Of a DNA stretch of 64,000 bases, positions 25,732 through 38,030 are shown one piece after another. Every line of letters starts with the position of its first letter. Within the stretch, counting starts at the first letter, position 1. A model generated the notes under the pieces. The model had not been told where the DNA came from. It was given only the letters and a program-made list of their open reading frames with translations, and made no database searches. The stretch covers positions 21,052,912 to 21,116,911 of the forward strand of contig NC_092675.1 of assembly GCF_964355755.1 (NCBI RefSeq), given 5' to 3'. Both the position numbers and the translations under genes were made by a program. The stretch comes from Antedon mediterranea. Its lineage: Eukaryota; Animalia; Echinodermata.

Positions 25732-28700
25732 ATGATGGAATCAATGGACATTTCTGGTTACAGTCGTAAAGGCATTGTTTTGTATAGTTACCACGAAATT
25801 CCTTATTTTCTCAAAGGAAACCCATACATAACTAAAGGTTACCGAGTCTTCCTCTCATCTGGACAATGTATTCAAAGGTTTGTGTATTTCCCTTAAAATT
25901 GAATTAAAGTCAAATATGGTTCAGTACCGGGAGCATGATGGTAAGCTAGGAGAAGTCTAAAATATGTTGGCATGTATGAGCTAGTTGATGGCTATACAGT
26001 ACAATGGCTTCCATTGTTTGTTAAAACAGTGTGAACAATTTCATTATGTGAACAAATGAATTGAAAAGTTCCTTTTACTGTATATGAAATGTTACACCCT
26101 CAAATTTTATTGTCTGTTTTCTTGTAAAATCTTACACTTCCAAATTACATGTGAATACAACTTATATGAAATATGATGCGTACCATCAACTTTTATTTTG
26201 TGTTTTACATTGTTTGTACTTCTGAAAAAGAGATACACATCTTAAAACATGAAATACTGTACCTTCCAATTTTTGTGTGTGTTTTAACTATAGTTTGTGC
26301 TTCTGGTCAAATGAGACACGCAATGTGTGGACAAACCTTATTACATGACTTTACCTTCCAATTTTATTTTTGTGTTTTATCTATAGTTTGTGCTTCTGGT
26401 CAAATGAGACACTCAACGTGTGGACACACCTTATAGGGTTTTTACTCTTTCTGACCTTATCTATCTATGATAGTATTGTCATTATACCCTCCTTCCGTGG
26501 TACCTTCATTGATCAAGTCATTTTCTCTGTATTCATTTTGTGTTTCCAGGTAAGTTTAAATTTTATAGAATTAGTTCCTCATACAGTACATAAATAATAT
26601 AAGATAAACCTAACACTTGCTCCATTTTGACTAATTCATTCCTATAAATATTTACCTTGACTATTGTATAAATACACAGGAGCATTTCAAAATGATTGTA
26701 CTGTAGTTACTACAATTTAACATATAATTTCATTTACAAAAGGTAGTTTGATGTAATAGATTTATTTGATGTGTCATGCAAACATACATTTTGATCACTT
26801 CCTTTACAGTTTTGTATGTTGAGTTCAGCAGGGTACCATCTGTTCTGTTGCCGCTCAGAAGTGGCTTGTAAGAGATGGCTGTGCCTAGATCTAGCAGGGA
26901 TATCTGTGGGTCTTCTAGGATGCTATTTTCCTGCTGTATTCTATGCATTTTCATGCTTTCCTGTAAGTAATTGTGTAATGTTTCATTAAGCAGTGTCTTT
27001 GAAGCTCTGTCTACACTATCAACCTAGTTTGACAATAAAAGTGTGATGTGCCCAAATATGGTAGTGATATGCATGTCCATATATGAGCACATCACATAAA
27101 GTTTGATAGTGAAGGCAGAGCTTAAGTCAAAGGACAATGATACTGTATAGTTAGTATAGTTCCAGGGGAGCTGGGTATGAAATTGGCCAAAAATTAAGTT
27201 GTGGAATTAAACAATGTATGTACACTTGCATTACAAAAGTCTGGTTTTCGAGTTCATCTTAAATTTGGGAGTAGAATTATACTCAAGCATGGGACGGAGT
27301 TTCAATAAAAACTCCCTTAACCTCGGAAAATGTCCCTTATAGTGCATCTACTGTATTTAATTTTCCTGATCTAACATTCATTATTGTAATTCATAGGTAT
27401 GGCGTAATGTGTACTTAGTACTAGTATGTTGTATGATATTAGCAACATTGTTTCTTCAACTTCATCCGATGTTTCACAAATCTAATTGGTCAACCAAGCG
27501 TTTGATAGCCTTTATATCTATGGTAGCCTTTGGCATTATTCCAGTGTCTCACTGGGCTTTTCTGTATGGTGGATTTGACTCTCTTATTGTACAGGTAAAT
27601 ACTCTACTCAAAATACTGAATTATTAAATACTATCTTTTTACAAATGGATTGTTATACAAGCTTTAATTAATATTTTTATTTTTCTAGACTTTTGTACCT
27701 AAAATTGTAGTGATGTATATTCTGGGAGTGTTAGCTTTATTCTTCTACGCAACAAAGTTTCCTGAACGCTGTTTTCCAGGTAAAAATTGTTTAAAGAATC
27801 TTTTTAGCCCAAAATAATTTTTCAACACCTCAGCCGCAATGACCCTAACAGCTAACTTTGATATCGCCTAGCTAAAACTTAAGCAAGTTTAAGCACACTG
27901 GGGTGCCAATACTAGCATTTTTTATGGTGTGCATCCTGGTATGTGTGAAGTTTTGCTAGGCTATGTGTAAAGCTCTGTCTACAATATCAAACTAGTTTGA
28001 CAAAAAAGTGTGATGTTCCCAAATATGGTTGTGATATCACATTTTTTTGTCACATAAATGTTATAGTGTATACAGAGCTTAATGGTTCATGATTCAACCA
28101 GGGAGTTGGATATTTTACAACTCCCTGATTCAACAGAGTTTCATGTAGCGCAGTCAGCTAAACTGGTGGTAGTCACTGTACTGAACTGTGAAAGTCCATA
28201 GGTTTTCTTTTGCCCACCACGGTTTTAATCAAATCACCGCTCTCCATGTGTACCAACTGGAGGGTTAGAATACATGTCGGTAGCAACCATCTTTCAGATG
28301 AGACGTTGAGCCGTTGGTCCTGTGTGCAATGTGTCTCATGTGCACACAATACATATATATAGTCCGACATTATCTCACTAAAAGAGATGTTGTTTCCAAT
28401 TTTTAATCTTTTTATCTTTGAAATTTGTATATTTATGTACCTATCCCTTATACTCATTTTGAGTCTTAAGATACTTTTTTATAAGCTTGTACAAATGTTT
28501 TACTTGGTGCAATATTTTTTTGTATTTCGATGTTTTTTAAGGGGCAACTGACTCTTTGAGTTATAGTAATTGTTTTGCTTTAGTTGCCCCTAACCATTGT
28601 GCTCTGTTTCTGTTCTGTTCTGTATGTGTGTATTGGTCGAATAAATAAATGAAATTAAAGGAAAAGAGTAGGGGATCGTCTCTTGGTGTACTGCTAGTAC

Positions 28701-28979
28701 TAGAACCCATCAATCTACCTGTGTCTATCTACTGTGTAAATCAATCTATAATATTCTGCCCATATCTGACAGAAGAGAATGGATATACTGTAGGCCTTCC
28801 TATTTTGAGATCTGCATTCTATTGTTGTTGTTGCAGGAACAATGGACTACATCGGCTCCAGTCATCAGCTTTGGCACATAATGGTAGTGATAGCTTTCGT
28901 ATGGTGGCATCAGGCAGGCATCTCCCTCATGGAGTTTCGTGATAATTATCCGTGCGAACAATGGTTACCTGATTCCTGA
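25732..28979 (+). CDS. PAQR3: Progestin and adipoQ receptor family member 3 (RKTG), 6 coding exons, 297 aa
   Basis: Exons 25732-25877, 26387-26549, 26810-26962, 27397-27594, 27689-27779 and 28837-28979 join in frame (894 nt). PAQR motifs: IPYFLKGNPYITKGYR, SNETLNVWTH, SAGYHLF..WLCLDLAGIS, KFPERCFPG, DYIGSSHQLWH..WWH. Confidence 0.95.
27003..27122 (+). mobile_element. MITE family A copy
   Basis: Family A TIRs and internal GTGTGATGTGCCCAAATATGGTAGTGATATG. Confidence 0.8.
27971..28079 (+). mobile_element. MITE family A copy
   Basis: TAA|AGCTCTGTCTACAATATCAAACT ... ATAGTGTATACAGAGCT|TAA, with a TAA TSD. Confidence 0.8.
28099..28127. mobile_element. P-superfamily-like micro-element / excision footprint
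   Basis: ATTCAAC|CAGGGAGTTGGATATTTTACAACTCCCTG|ATTCAAC, exact 7-bp TSD. Confidence 0.7.
28145..28720 (+). mobile_element. Degenerate tRNA-derived Deu-domain-like SINE interrupted by a LINE 3' fragment (~28350-28660)
   Basis: A-box-like GTAGCGCAGTCAGC head. CTTTCAGATGAGACGTTGAGCCGTTGGTCC and AAAAGAGTAGGGG..GGTGT resemble the Deu-SINE core as recalled. The intervening T-rich segment ends in GAATAAATAAATGAAAT, like a LINE tail. Confidence 0.55.
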
Positions 28980-30115
28980 CGGAACTTCAATGATTGTTGG
29001 AAATACACAATACATGCTCTATCAACGAGAAGTTGCAGTGCGATGTATTAAAATACTGCCTTTTGGTAGGTTTACATGTCTAGCTAAAATCATAGGTTGA
29101 GTAGTAGGTGGATTCAAATAAAATAATTTTTATTGCAATCTAAGTAAACAGAGATTGAATTTTACATGGTATAAAATGAACAAAAAAAAAGAGCAGACAA
29201 ATATAAAATTATATGACAAGGATACATAACATCTAAATAAATATGAGAAATAACAAAATAAATCTAAAGCATAAAAGTAGAAAGGGAATGGGTACAAATT
29301 TAAGAAAGGTTAAAATTCAAATAAATGGGTTGGGCTAAAATGATAGTTATATAAAAATAGGTAATTCTAGTATCAAAAATATTTGTATATTTGCAAATAG
29401 GCCTAGATTTAATTTATTCAATTTATTTACAGCAATTTACACAATTGGGAGAAAAATTAAGAATTTCAAGTTTACAGAATAAATATGTAAAAACGATAAA
29501 GCCTAGCCTACATATGCATTTAAATTATCATCACACTTTTCCTAACCACCTAATTCCTAACCATGTGTACCTGATTCTCAGTCTTGTCTCCACATACATG
29601 TATGACAATATCTGCGCAGTATCATAGGAAAATTCTTTAATACAGCATCCCATGTGTATCACATGTCGTGCCTGTATTATGTAAGGTTAGGTTACAGACG
29701 TTCACTGAAATAATGTTTTATTTATTTTAATCTGTATGTAATAATAAATTTATTTCTATTTTATATGGAAATACTAAATATTTTCCTTTATTGATGTGTA
29801 AAATATCCTAATATTAGAAAAGACACTAAGTTAATAGTTAAATTTTAATGACATTTCATTTTAGTTTGTAAGTCTTTATTTATTAATAGAAATTGTTTAA
29901 TTTGTTTCTCTATTATATTTCCAAATAGCACAAGAAAATGATGTTAGATTCATTTGTAATGATTTTTAATTCATTCGTAATAAGTTATCCATTTTTGTGC
30001 AATGTATACATATGTTTTTGTATTCGTTTTTTAAATAAAGGAATGCGAATTCTAGAGTGGAAGAGAAAATAAACTTTTTTGTTTAAATTACAAATATTCT
30101 AGATTTCCTGCCTAA

Positions 30116-30232
30116 AGCTCTGTCCACACTAGTTAGATGTGCCAAAATATGGTAGTGATATGGCATCATCGTGTCCATATATGGGCACATCACATTTTTT
30201 GTCACATAAAGTTTGATAGTGTAGACAGAGCT
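30116..30232 (+). mobile_element. MITE family A copy
   Basis: TAA|AGCTCTGTCCACACTA ... TAGTGTAGACAGAGCT|TAA. Confidence 0.8.
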
Positions 30233-30244
30233 TAATGTTGTTAC

Positions 30245-30653
30245 CAAAGAACTTATAACACAAGAATCTCCTGTTCTTCAATTTGCATTCAAAACACAGT
30301 ATCGGAAGTACAGGGTTAAAAGGTCAAACTGGGCGACGCCATTTCACAGCATGGAGCAGCGCCCCCTCCAAACTAGGAAGTCAATTACTCTACCCCTCTA
30401 GAGTATTAGCAGATCCCCTCTATGATTTTGACTTTCTAATTTGATGCGGGCGCCCTACTCCTCAGTCAATTACTCTATCCCCCCTAGAGCATTAGCAGAT
30501 CCCCTCTATGATTTTGACTTTCTAATTTGATGCGGGCGCCCTACTCCATGGCTCACAATGGCGCCACCCATAGCTCTATTCTATCCCACAATGCCTTTCG
30601 AAATTGTTACGCGCTTCGGACGAACAGGAGATTCTTGTGTTATAAGTTCTTTG
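30245..30653. mobile_element. P-superfamily-like MITE (409 bp) with an internal ~83-bp tandem duplication
   Basis: Perfect 32-bp TIR CAAAGAACTTATAACACAAGAATCTCCTGTTC and exact 7-bp TSD TTGTTAC (30238-44, 30654-60). Internal repeat AGTCAATTACTCTA..GCGGGCGCCCTACTCC at 30379 and 30464. Confidence 0.82.
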
Positions 30654-33600
30654 TTGTTACTCACTGTATACATTCAGTAGGCCTTCACTATAATATCTTA
30701 TAGTGATCTTAGAATGCTGTTTCCTAGAAGTATTGTAAGTTTGCTTAGCCTTCCATATCCAGACACACTTTATTTTATTTGTTTTAAACTCATTGCCGGA
30801 CGAATATCCTAGACAAGGTGAAATCATATCTACAAATTATGATTGAATTACAGACTAAATGTAGACAAAAACTAGATAATAAAATAAGTAACTAAAACTA
30901 TATTATATCATGTCAACTTTAGAAATAAAAATGAAAATATCTAGGTCTTCAGTACGGAGCAGCTGTTCACAGAGAATTTCAATAATAAAAAAGTTCATAT
31001 TTCGAAATCACACATTACATACAAATTATACAAAACTAAAGATCTTTATTGAAATTAGTTCGATATGTAAAGATTCAAATTGATATTTTAAATGCATTGA
31101 AACCATTTCTATAAGAGCGTGTCTACGAAAAGAGGCATGCGGGGATATCGACAAGTGATTTGTAATGCACAAATGCTACGTGAACTTGACTTGGGAATAT
31201 ACCGTGAAACGTTACAAGACTGTTCGTTTTTATTTTACTTCTGTTACGTGAAAATTACTTATTTGAACAAAAAATGTTCTAAAATCATTAAATTTTTACT
31301 CAAAGGAATGAATAAATATAGCACTTAAAGTACGCCAAACTTGAATACTAGGAAATGTATGCCAGAGCATTGTTTGTCATGTTTTATCTACGACAACGAT
31401 CGAATCTGGAACCATTATGCTAATTGTTTATGAATATATGTATAAAATCGTTCAGCACCATACAAAAAGGCCAATTAGTAGGCCTATATACACGAATGAT
31501 ACCAGTAACAAATAGGTCTATACTGTTTTATGGCAGTAGTGTAGGCCGCCCATACTGTTAATATGAGCCTAATTTATACTTCAAACATGGCGATGAACCC
31601 ATCTAAAAGGTGTGTGTAAAATAATATTCTATAGGCCTACAAGTAACAAATGAGAACATAATTATAGGTCCAATATAATATATATTCTTTAGTAATATAA
31701 TGGATAGGGCCCATTATACTCCTTTTGTTTTTTTAACTTGATTAATCATATGGTAATATATTTACTCTATCCATGGAGAATTTTCCATGCTCTTTTCGAA
31801 ATATATTTACCGTAACCAATTTTAATCAGAGTTGCAAAGACACTCTTTCATGCACTTATTTGTAAAGTTTGTTATTATAGGGTCTACACAAAAGGTTTTC
31901 CAAAGAATAAATTGAAATACTGCCAGTAAAAATATGATTATGTATCGATTTTGTTTCCTTTTGATTGGAAGATGAAGTGTTTATTGCAATCGCTTACTTG
32001 CTTCTATCATTTACTTTGACTGTTTGTACGGCGAATTATGTTTAATAGAATCTAGACATAGTACCGTACGGCAATCGGGTGAATAACGGTCTATTGTAAG
32101 TTTGAATAAAAGGTTGACATTTTGGTCAACTTGTTGGCTGGAAGTGTTGATCGTAATTTGTCTTCGTTTACGGATGAGAAGAAACTCTAATGTCCTTGTT
32201 CAAGGGTAGTTGGTTCGTGCCATCATTTATTTTCCATAATGCATTCCATTAATGCTTTTCCCATCATTTTCACTTCCAACCAATGATAGTAAGAACATAA
32301 GTGAAATTACTTAATAATGTTTGGCATAAAGTATATATTGAGGGTACTTATGTGAGCTCCAAACCAATTTATCATCTTTCCTTTATTATGGTTGATAATA
32401 TACAATAGTTGGCGTTAATCATGAACAGACTCATGATGTGAGAAACATTACAATCTAAAACACAATCGTAGCAGAGTGGGGACCAGTAAAGGGAAGCCTT
32501 GAATTTAAATCAAACAGATTACCTTTATGACGTCTATCTTATTGTCTTATTGATATTTTAGAAAAATTATCAGAAAAAGAACGTTTTTAAACTAATGAGT
32601 TACTTTTATGAATTTCTCGGTAAAGGTTTGGTTACTCGTCTTGTGTTTTCATCAATACAGTAGGCCTATATTTGTTCACCAAACTAAACCCTTCTGGATG
32701 AGTAGGCCTACAACACATTAGAGAATAGATGAGGACTTTAGCCTAAAATTCAGTTCCCAAGTATCCAAGTAAGTATGGAGCAGGGAATATCGACATTTTA
32801 CTCTTCCTTAGTAGGGCGTTTTCAGTGTGGATTGCACGGAGCATTTAAGTGTACATAAACGAAACGAATACTTGTTTAAAATGTGCATGACAAAGCTAAC
32901 TCTATATCACTGCTTTAAACTCCTAAAAGAAATGCCGTAATTTCGACCTTTTATTCTTTCTTTTTTACTGCAGCTTTATAATAAATTTATATACGTGAAC
33001 GTGTCTGACCTCCTTTTGTAAGATTGGAAAATAAAACTAATCAGATCAAATAAAGCTATAAAACAGAAATGCCCATATGATGAAGAAAATGCAAAATAAA
33101 AACTAACATATAAAATTACTTCATAACATGACATTATGGAAGCGTGTATAAGGCAATCAAACATCTAATAAAATTAATTATATACCGAGGTACCGTGTGC
33201 TGCATATTGAAAATCATGCGCACGGTGCATCAAGCGATCGTGTTTTATTTTTCTAGTAAAACCGAATGAATTAATGGCAAAAAACCGTGGATTGATTTTA
33301 CCAGGTTTACACAGGCGTCGGCCACATGTACCCATAGGCTAGATTATTTTCCGACATCGGTTCGTTTCGGATGCCCTTGGATTTTGTATTCTGTAAAAAT
33401 AACTGCGAAAAAACACTCGCCCTACACGGTAAAACATGACACAGTCGGCCCAATGCTTGAATTTAATATTTGGCTAATGTTGTTTAAAGTTTGTCCTGCA
33501 TAAATGGTTTAGTAACTGGACTTAAAAGTTGCCATTTCAATATAAAAAAATCAAATTAAGCGTTCATATGGCAAGAAGCATGCGAAGGGCGATTTCGGCC

Positions 33601-34124
33601 CATATTGCAAATACAGAAAGCTCAAGATTTTAAAGCTTTCGTGCATATTTTTTTTTCTTCTGAAAAACAATAAATATGAGCTGTTAATCAGGACAATCAA
33701 TTGGAAATTATTGACGTTATAATGCAAACAAACATATAAGTATACATAGGCCTACATACATAGCAAGTAATCTTGCCTATACCAGACAACTTCACAAACT
33801 GAATAAATCTCGTTTGATACCGTAATAGAATACTGTACGACTTGCAGTAAATAATAAATAGTTTCTAAAGTTTAAACTTATACAATAATGATGATCTTGA
33901 GTTAATGGATAACTGGAAAATGGGGATATAAAGAAAAAAATGTTTATTTGATATGCAATTTCTTGGGTGATTTACAAAAATTCTCATCAAGGTGTTGAAT
34001 AAGATTGCGCTCATTATTCAGGAGGCAGATGTCTCGAAATATACGAGACCACTGAGGCTTGTACGCAGTGTTATTTTCTTCAGCTGTACACTACACTACA
34101 GAAGTCTGTCTGCCTTGGGTCTAT

Positions 34125-34901
34125 GGTCGTGTTTATACAACACCCTAAATTTGAACACGGCTTAAATTTTTAGCGTGTTGTTCGGACCGAGGTCAACCCA
34201 CCTTAACGTTTGCTGTTATACTAGAAATCACGATACCGTGTTGTACCGGAAGTTTCATCAACACGCAGTGCATGCTAGTATAAAAGGTCAAATCGTTGAT
34301 CGCTTGAATTGAATTGTTGGCTGGGTTGTTGTCAACAAATCATCGTCGCCTCCTCGCTGTCCGATGTATTCGCGCGGTTTTTACCATTTTCATTATTGTA
34401 TTCGTTCACGTTTGCATTGTTGTTTATTTTGTTCTCGGTTCATTTAAATTAATAAAAGTTATTTTAAGGGTTTCATTGTTTCATCTATACACTATGGAAG
34501 AAGATGCCATTTTTGCGATGTTATTTTTTATTCTGTTTGGAGTGGGAAACGATAGTCTATAGAGGCCTACTACCACTACGAGTTGGCCCTACCAGGCTAG
34601 GCGTAAGACGTGGTAGGAGGATGATTGCTGGCAGCGAAGCAGCAATAAATGGGCCCAATCTTGTTAGACGTCGCATGACATGATTGATATTACGACCTGT
34701 TTTAACGAGAGGTCAAAATATACCCTGAGGACACTTCCAACACGGTAACGGCGACCGGGAATCCACCAAATTTTAGGATTCAGCCAAGTAGCCTTTTTTG
34801 CAATTAAAATCTCATTACACGGAATCTCTTTGTTGTTATACAACACACTTCTCGTAGGCGTGTAGAATATGCGTGTAATAGCGTGTTGTATAAACGCGCC
34901 C
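34125..34901. mobile_element. Harbinger-like non-autonomous element (~777 bp)
   Basis: TIR GG(T/G)CG(T/C)GTTTATACAACAC at both ends, 3-bp flanks TAT/TAT, and a GC-richer interior with decayed ORF-like sequence. Confidence 0.6.
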
Positions 34902-35386
34902 TATGAGTATATCGTAAGAACCGGCAGGTGCTTAGCAAAGAGTATTAAAGTAATGTTCCACGGATGTGGTGCTCTAAAATAGAATTCATTTTGCTTATGT
35001 TTTAATATGTTTATGCTTTTAATGTATTAGTTCGTTTAAGTGATAGGCCTATGTGTTTAACGACATAATTTTATACGGTTTACTGTGTGATTGGTGACAA
35101 TATTGGCAATGGAAAATCCTAGATTTAACTTGCAATACAAGAACGGTGTATCATGTCTAGGGACATGATCATGCAGTATCTTGTCTGTTGACGGCGACAG
35201 GAACATCCATTACCTAACTCCTAAATATTAACCTAATTAAAAACACTGCCTAATATTGTGTTTAAATCAAAGATCACCGTTAATAAAAAAAAAGCATAAT
35301 GACAATAAATCGAGTATTAAGAGTATCCATATTCATTTCTTAATTTTCTAAATCCTTGGAAATCTAAAACAAGAAATATTTCTTAC

Positions 35387-35498
35387 AAACAAGGATATGC
35401 ATGGCTGCAGCCACGTGCTCCAATTTGAGTTAGTGTTTACCGACCAACCGACCGACCGACATAGTGAGCTGTAGAGTCGCGCGTTTGCACGCGAAAAA
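35387..35498 (+). mobile_element. Helentron-associated (HINE/DINE-like) short element
   Basis: AACAAG start, (ACCG)n microsatellite, then ATAGTGAGCTGTAGAG and a terminal TCGCG..CGCGA hairpin followed by an A-run. Confidence 0.5.
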
Positions 35499-37276
35499 CG
35501 CCGCTCATCTGACGATAACTACCGTCATGCATCTCAATATTTATCAGCAAACATTTTCAAAGACTCTCTTTTCTCAGACGTGTTTTGGGGTGTGCGCATG
35601 CCCAGTCCTATTTCCCAAATATTGTACCCATTTTTTCAGCCGTAGTAAACTACAGTATACCGCATAGTAACTGTTTCCTACAGTAATGCCTCCGTTCTCT
35701 TAAATATAATTGCCTAAAGGAGCGGCGCAAAAAACACCAACCTTCTGATTTACCACTAATGTATTAACCTGTAAATCAAGGTCAATACCGTATACCAGAT
35801 AAAAATGTAAATTTTAATTTAGGTTCGTTATTAAAGTCAACATACATCATTAACTTACACAGTTGAATTATTAATGTTTAGTTAATGAGGTGAAAATTTG
35901 ATTTTGTGTAATACAAGGTTTCTCAACGCCGATAATATACTCCATTTTAAATAATTCATTTTTGAACAAAAGACATAATGTGATATACTGTTGTAATAAA
36001 GTTAATTGTAATAATGAGCAATGGTAATGGTGTCAAAGGTCAAGGCCAGTGGGTAAGGGAGGGTTCACAACTGAAAGCAAATCTAAGCCACGTTTTTAGA
36101 TGCACATAATTATTCAAAAACTTTTAAAATTCCCTGGCACGCATTTCCGGTGAAGATAACAGTCGCTCGTCATTGCGTCCTACTAGTGGTGGGAACCGAA
36201 ACTATTATTGGTACAGTGTAGTTCACGAAGTGGAACTCTAGAGGGCGATTATTCAGAGCCAGTCTGATTGCAGTTGATGTTATTCAGTTGACAAAGTAGA
36301 CTGTATAATATTTTCCAATGGTTTAAAGAATGTACAGGGAATAAATTTTATCTAAGTGATGTGTATATAGAACGTCTGAAAATTTCTTTAAAAAAATGCA
36401 AAAATAACATCAAAAATACAACGTTGAATTTGTCTGCTTTCTTTATTGCTGTGCCAGAACCAATCTCAATTAAAAAAAAAAAACTCCTCTTAACTTTCTG
36501 ACCAACTCATTATCTGTACAATAAAACAACGCTTGTTTAACACATCAAGGCTCTAGAAAAGTAATATAATATACAGCTAAAAAAAACATCAACTAACAAT
36601 AAATTCCCAGCTTTAACAACTGAAATCTGAAACAAATATATATATTTTTCAAAACTTTTTATGAAAGGTAATTGAATATACACAATAAATAAATAATCAC
36701 CTAACACTCGTTAAAAAAATACTTAAGCGTTAAGTCTATAGACATATAAAAAGTGCCTGTAGACAAATGTGTACACACACATAAGTGACTGTCTATATAC
36801 ACAAATAAAGTGCCTTTAGACAAATGTTATACCCACAGTAAACCCATAAGTGACTTTAGATAATTGTCTGTAAACGTGAGTGTTTTCATATGTGTTTAAA
36901 AGTACCAGTGTATATAAAAACAGATTCCTATGTACAAGTGTCTATAAACATAACTGTAAAAGTCAATATTGGTACAAGTTTGTAGGGTCAAGGGTCGCAT
37001 ACTTAGATTTAAACCTAATTGCAACAGCGTTCACACTTTCTAAAAAAAGCAAACAGAGAATGTAAAATAAAAGTGACAGTAATGGTATGAAATACATTAA
37101 CATGGACAATGGATGTAAACGGATATAGCACTCTGTTAAATAGTCCATTAATACATATAGTAGGGCATTGTTCCACTTTATCGTAATATATCCCTTATGT
37201 ACTATTGCATTTTATTGTTATTGATCTAAAATTGACCGAGATAAACAATAGATGTTACACTAGCATATCTGCCTTA

Positions 37277-37458
37277 ATCTTGATCCTCACTTGGACCATG
37301 GAGAAATGATTATTTCTCCATGCTAGGACACAACGTAGGCTCAGTGCAATTCAGTTGAACAATCATGATACAATGGACCATCTGTCGCTTGTCATTGGTC
37401 AACTTTCTTGCATTGCGCTTAGGTCGTTGCCTTGCGTCCTAAGTGGTGACCAAGTTTA
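37277..37458. mobile_element. MITE family B copy carrying a nested micro-footprint (37297-37322)
   Basis: Related to 63527-63685 (CATTGGTCAA core, TTGCGTCCTA(A)GTGG.ACCAAG end). The left TIR is split by CTTGGAC|CATGGAGAAATGATTATTTCTCCATG|CTAGGAC. Confidence 0.6.
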
Positions 37459-37784
37459 AGGTTCACAGTGTGGTTTATTATACAGTATATCACAACTACC
37501 CTATATTCATTTTTCTAGCATGGACAAAATATACATCAGTAGGATTTAAATTGAGTAAAAATAAGGTGCTACATTTCTTTTTGATTGTCTTGAAAACAAA
37601 GCTTCCACCTCTGTTGTACAGTACATTCAATGTCCACTTTCAAATAAAATGAAGATTGTGAAAGTACAATTTTTTAAAACACAGAAAAGTACCCAGATTG
37701 GTTTAAAAAAAAAAGATATCTATTGGAAAACAATTCTCGGTACTGTATATGATTTGTACAATATCATAGGCAAATTCTGTGATA

Positions 37785-38030
37785 AGTGTGTGATGCCTGT
37801 ATCAAGTCATAAGCCTAACCTAACCTTGATACACATTTGGTACATTTGTCACACTATATTACATACTTCTGTGATACACTGTGCCACATTATGTATCACA
37901 TGTGATTACTGTATCAAGTCATAAGCCTAACCTAATCTTGATACAGGTGCCACATTTGATACATATGCCACACTATATTAAATACCTCTGTGATACAGTG
38001 TCCCACTATGTATCACATGTGATGTCTGTA
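37785..38030. repeat. Degenerate tandem duplication, ~112 bp x2
   Basis: TGTATCAAGTCATAAGCCTAACCTAA.CTTGATACA at ~37798 and ~37910. Confidence 0.75.
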
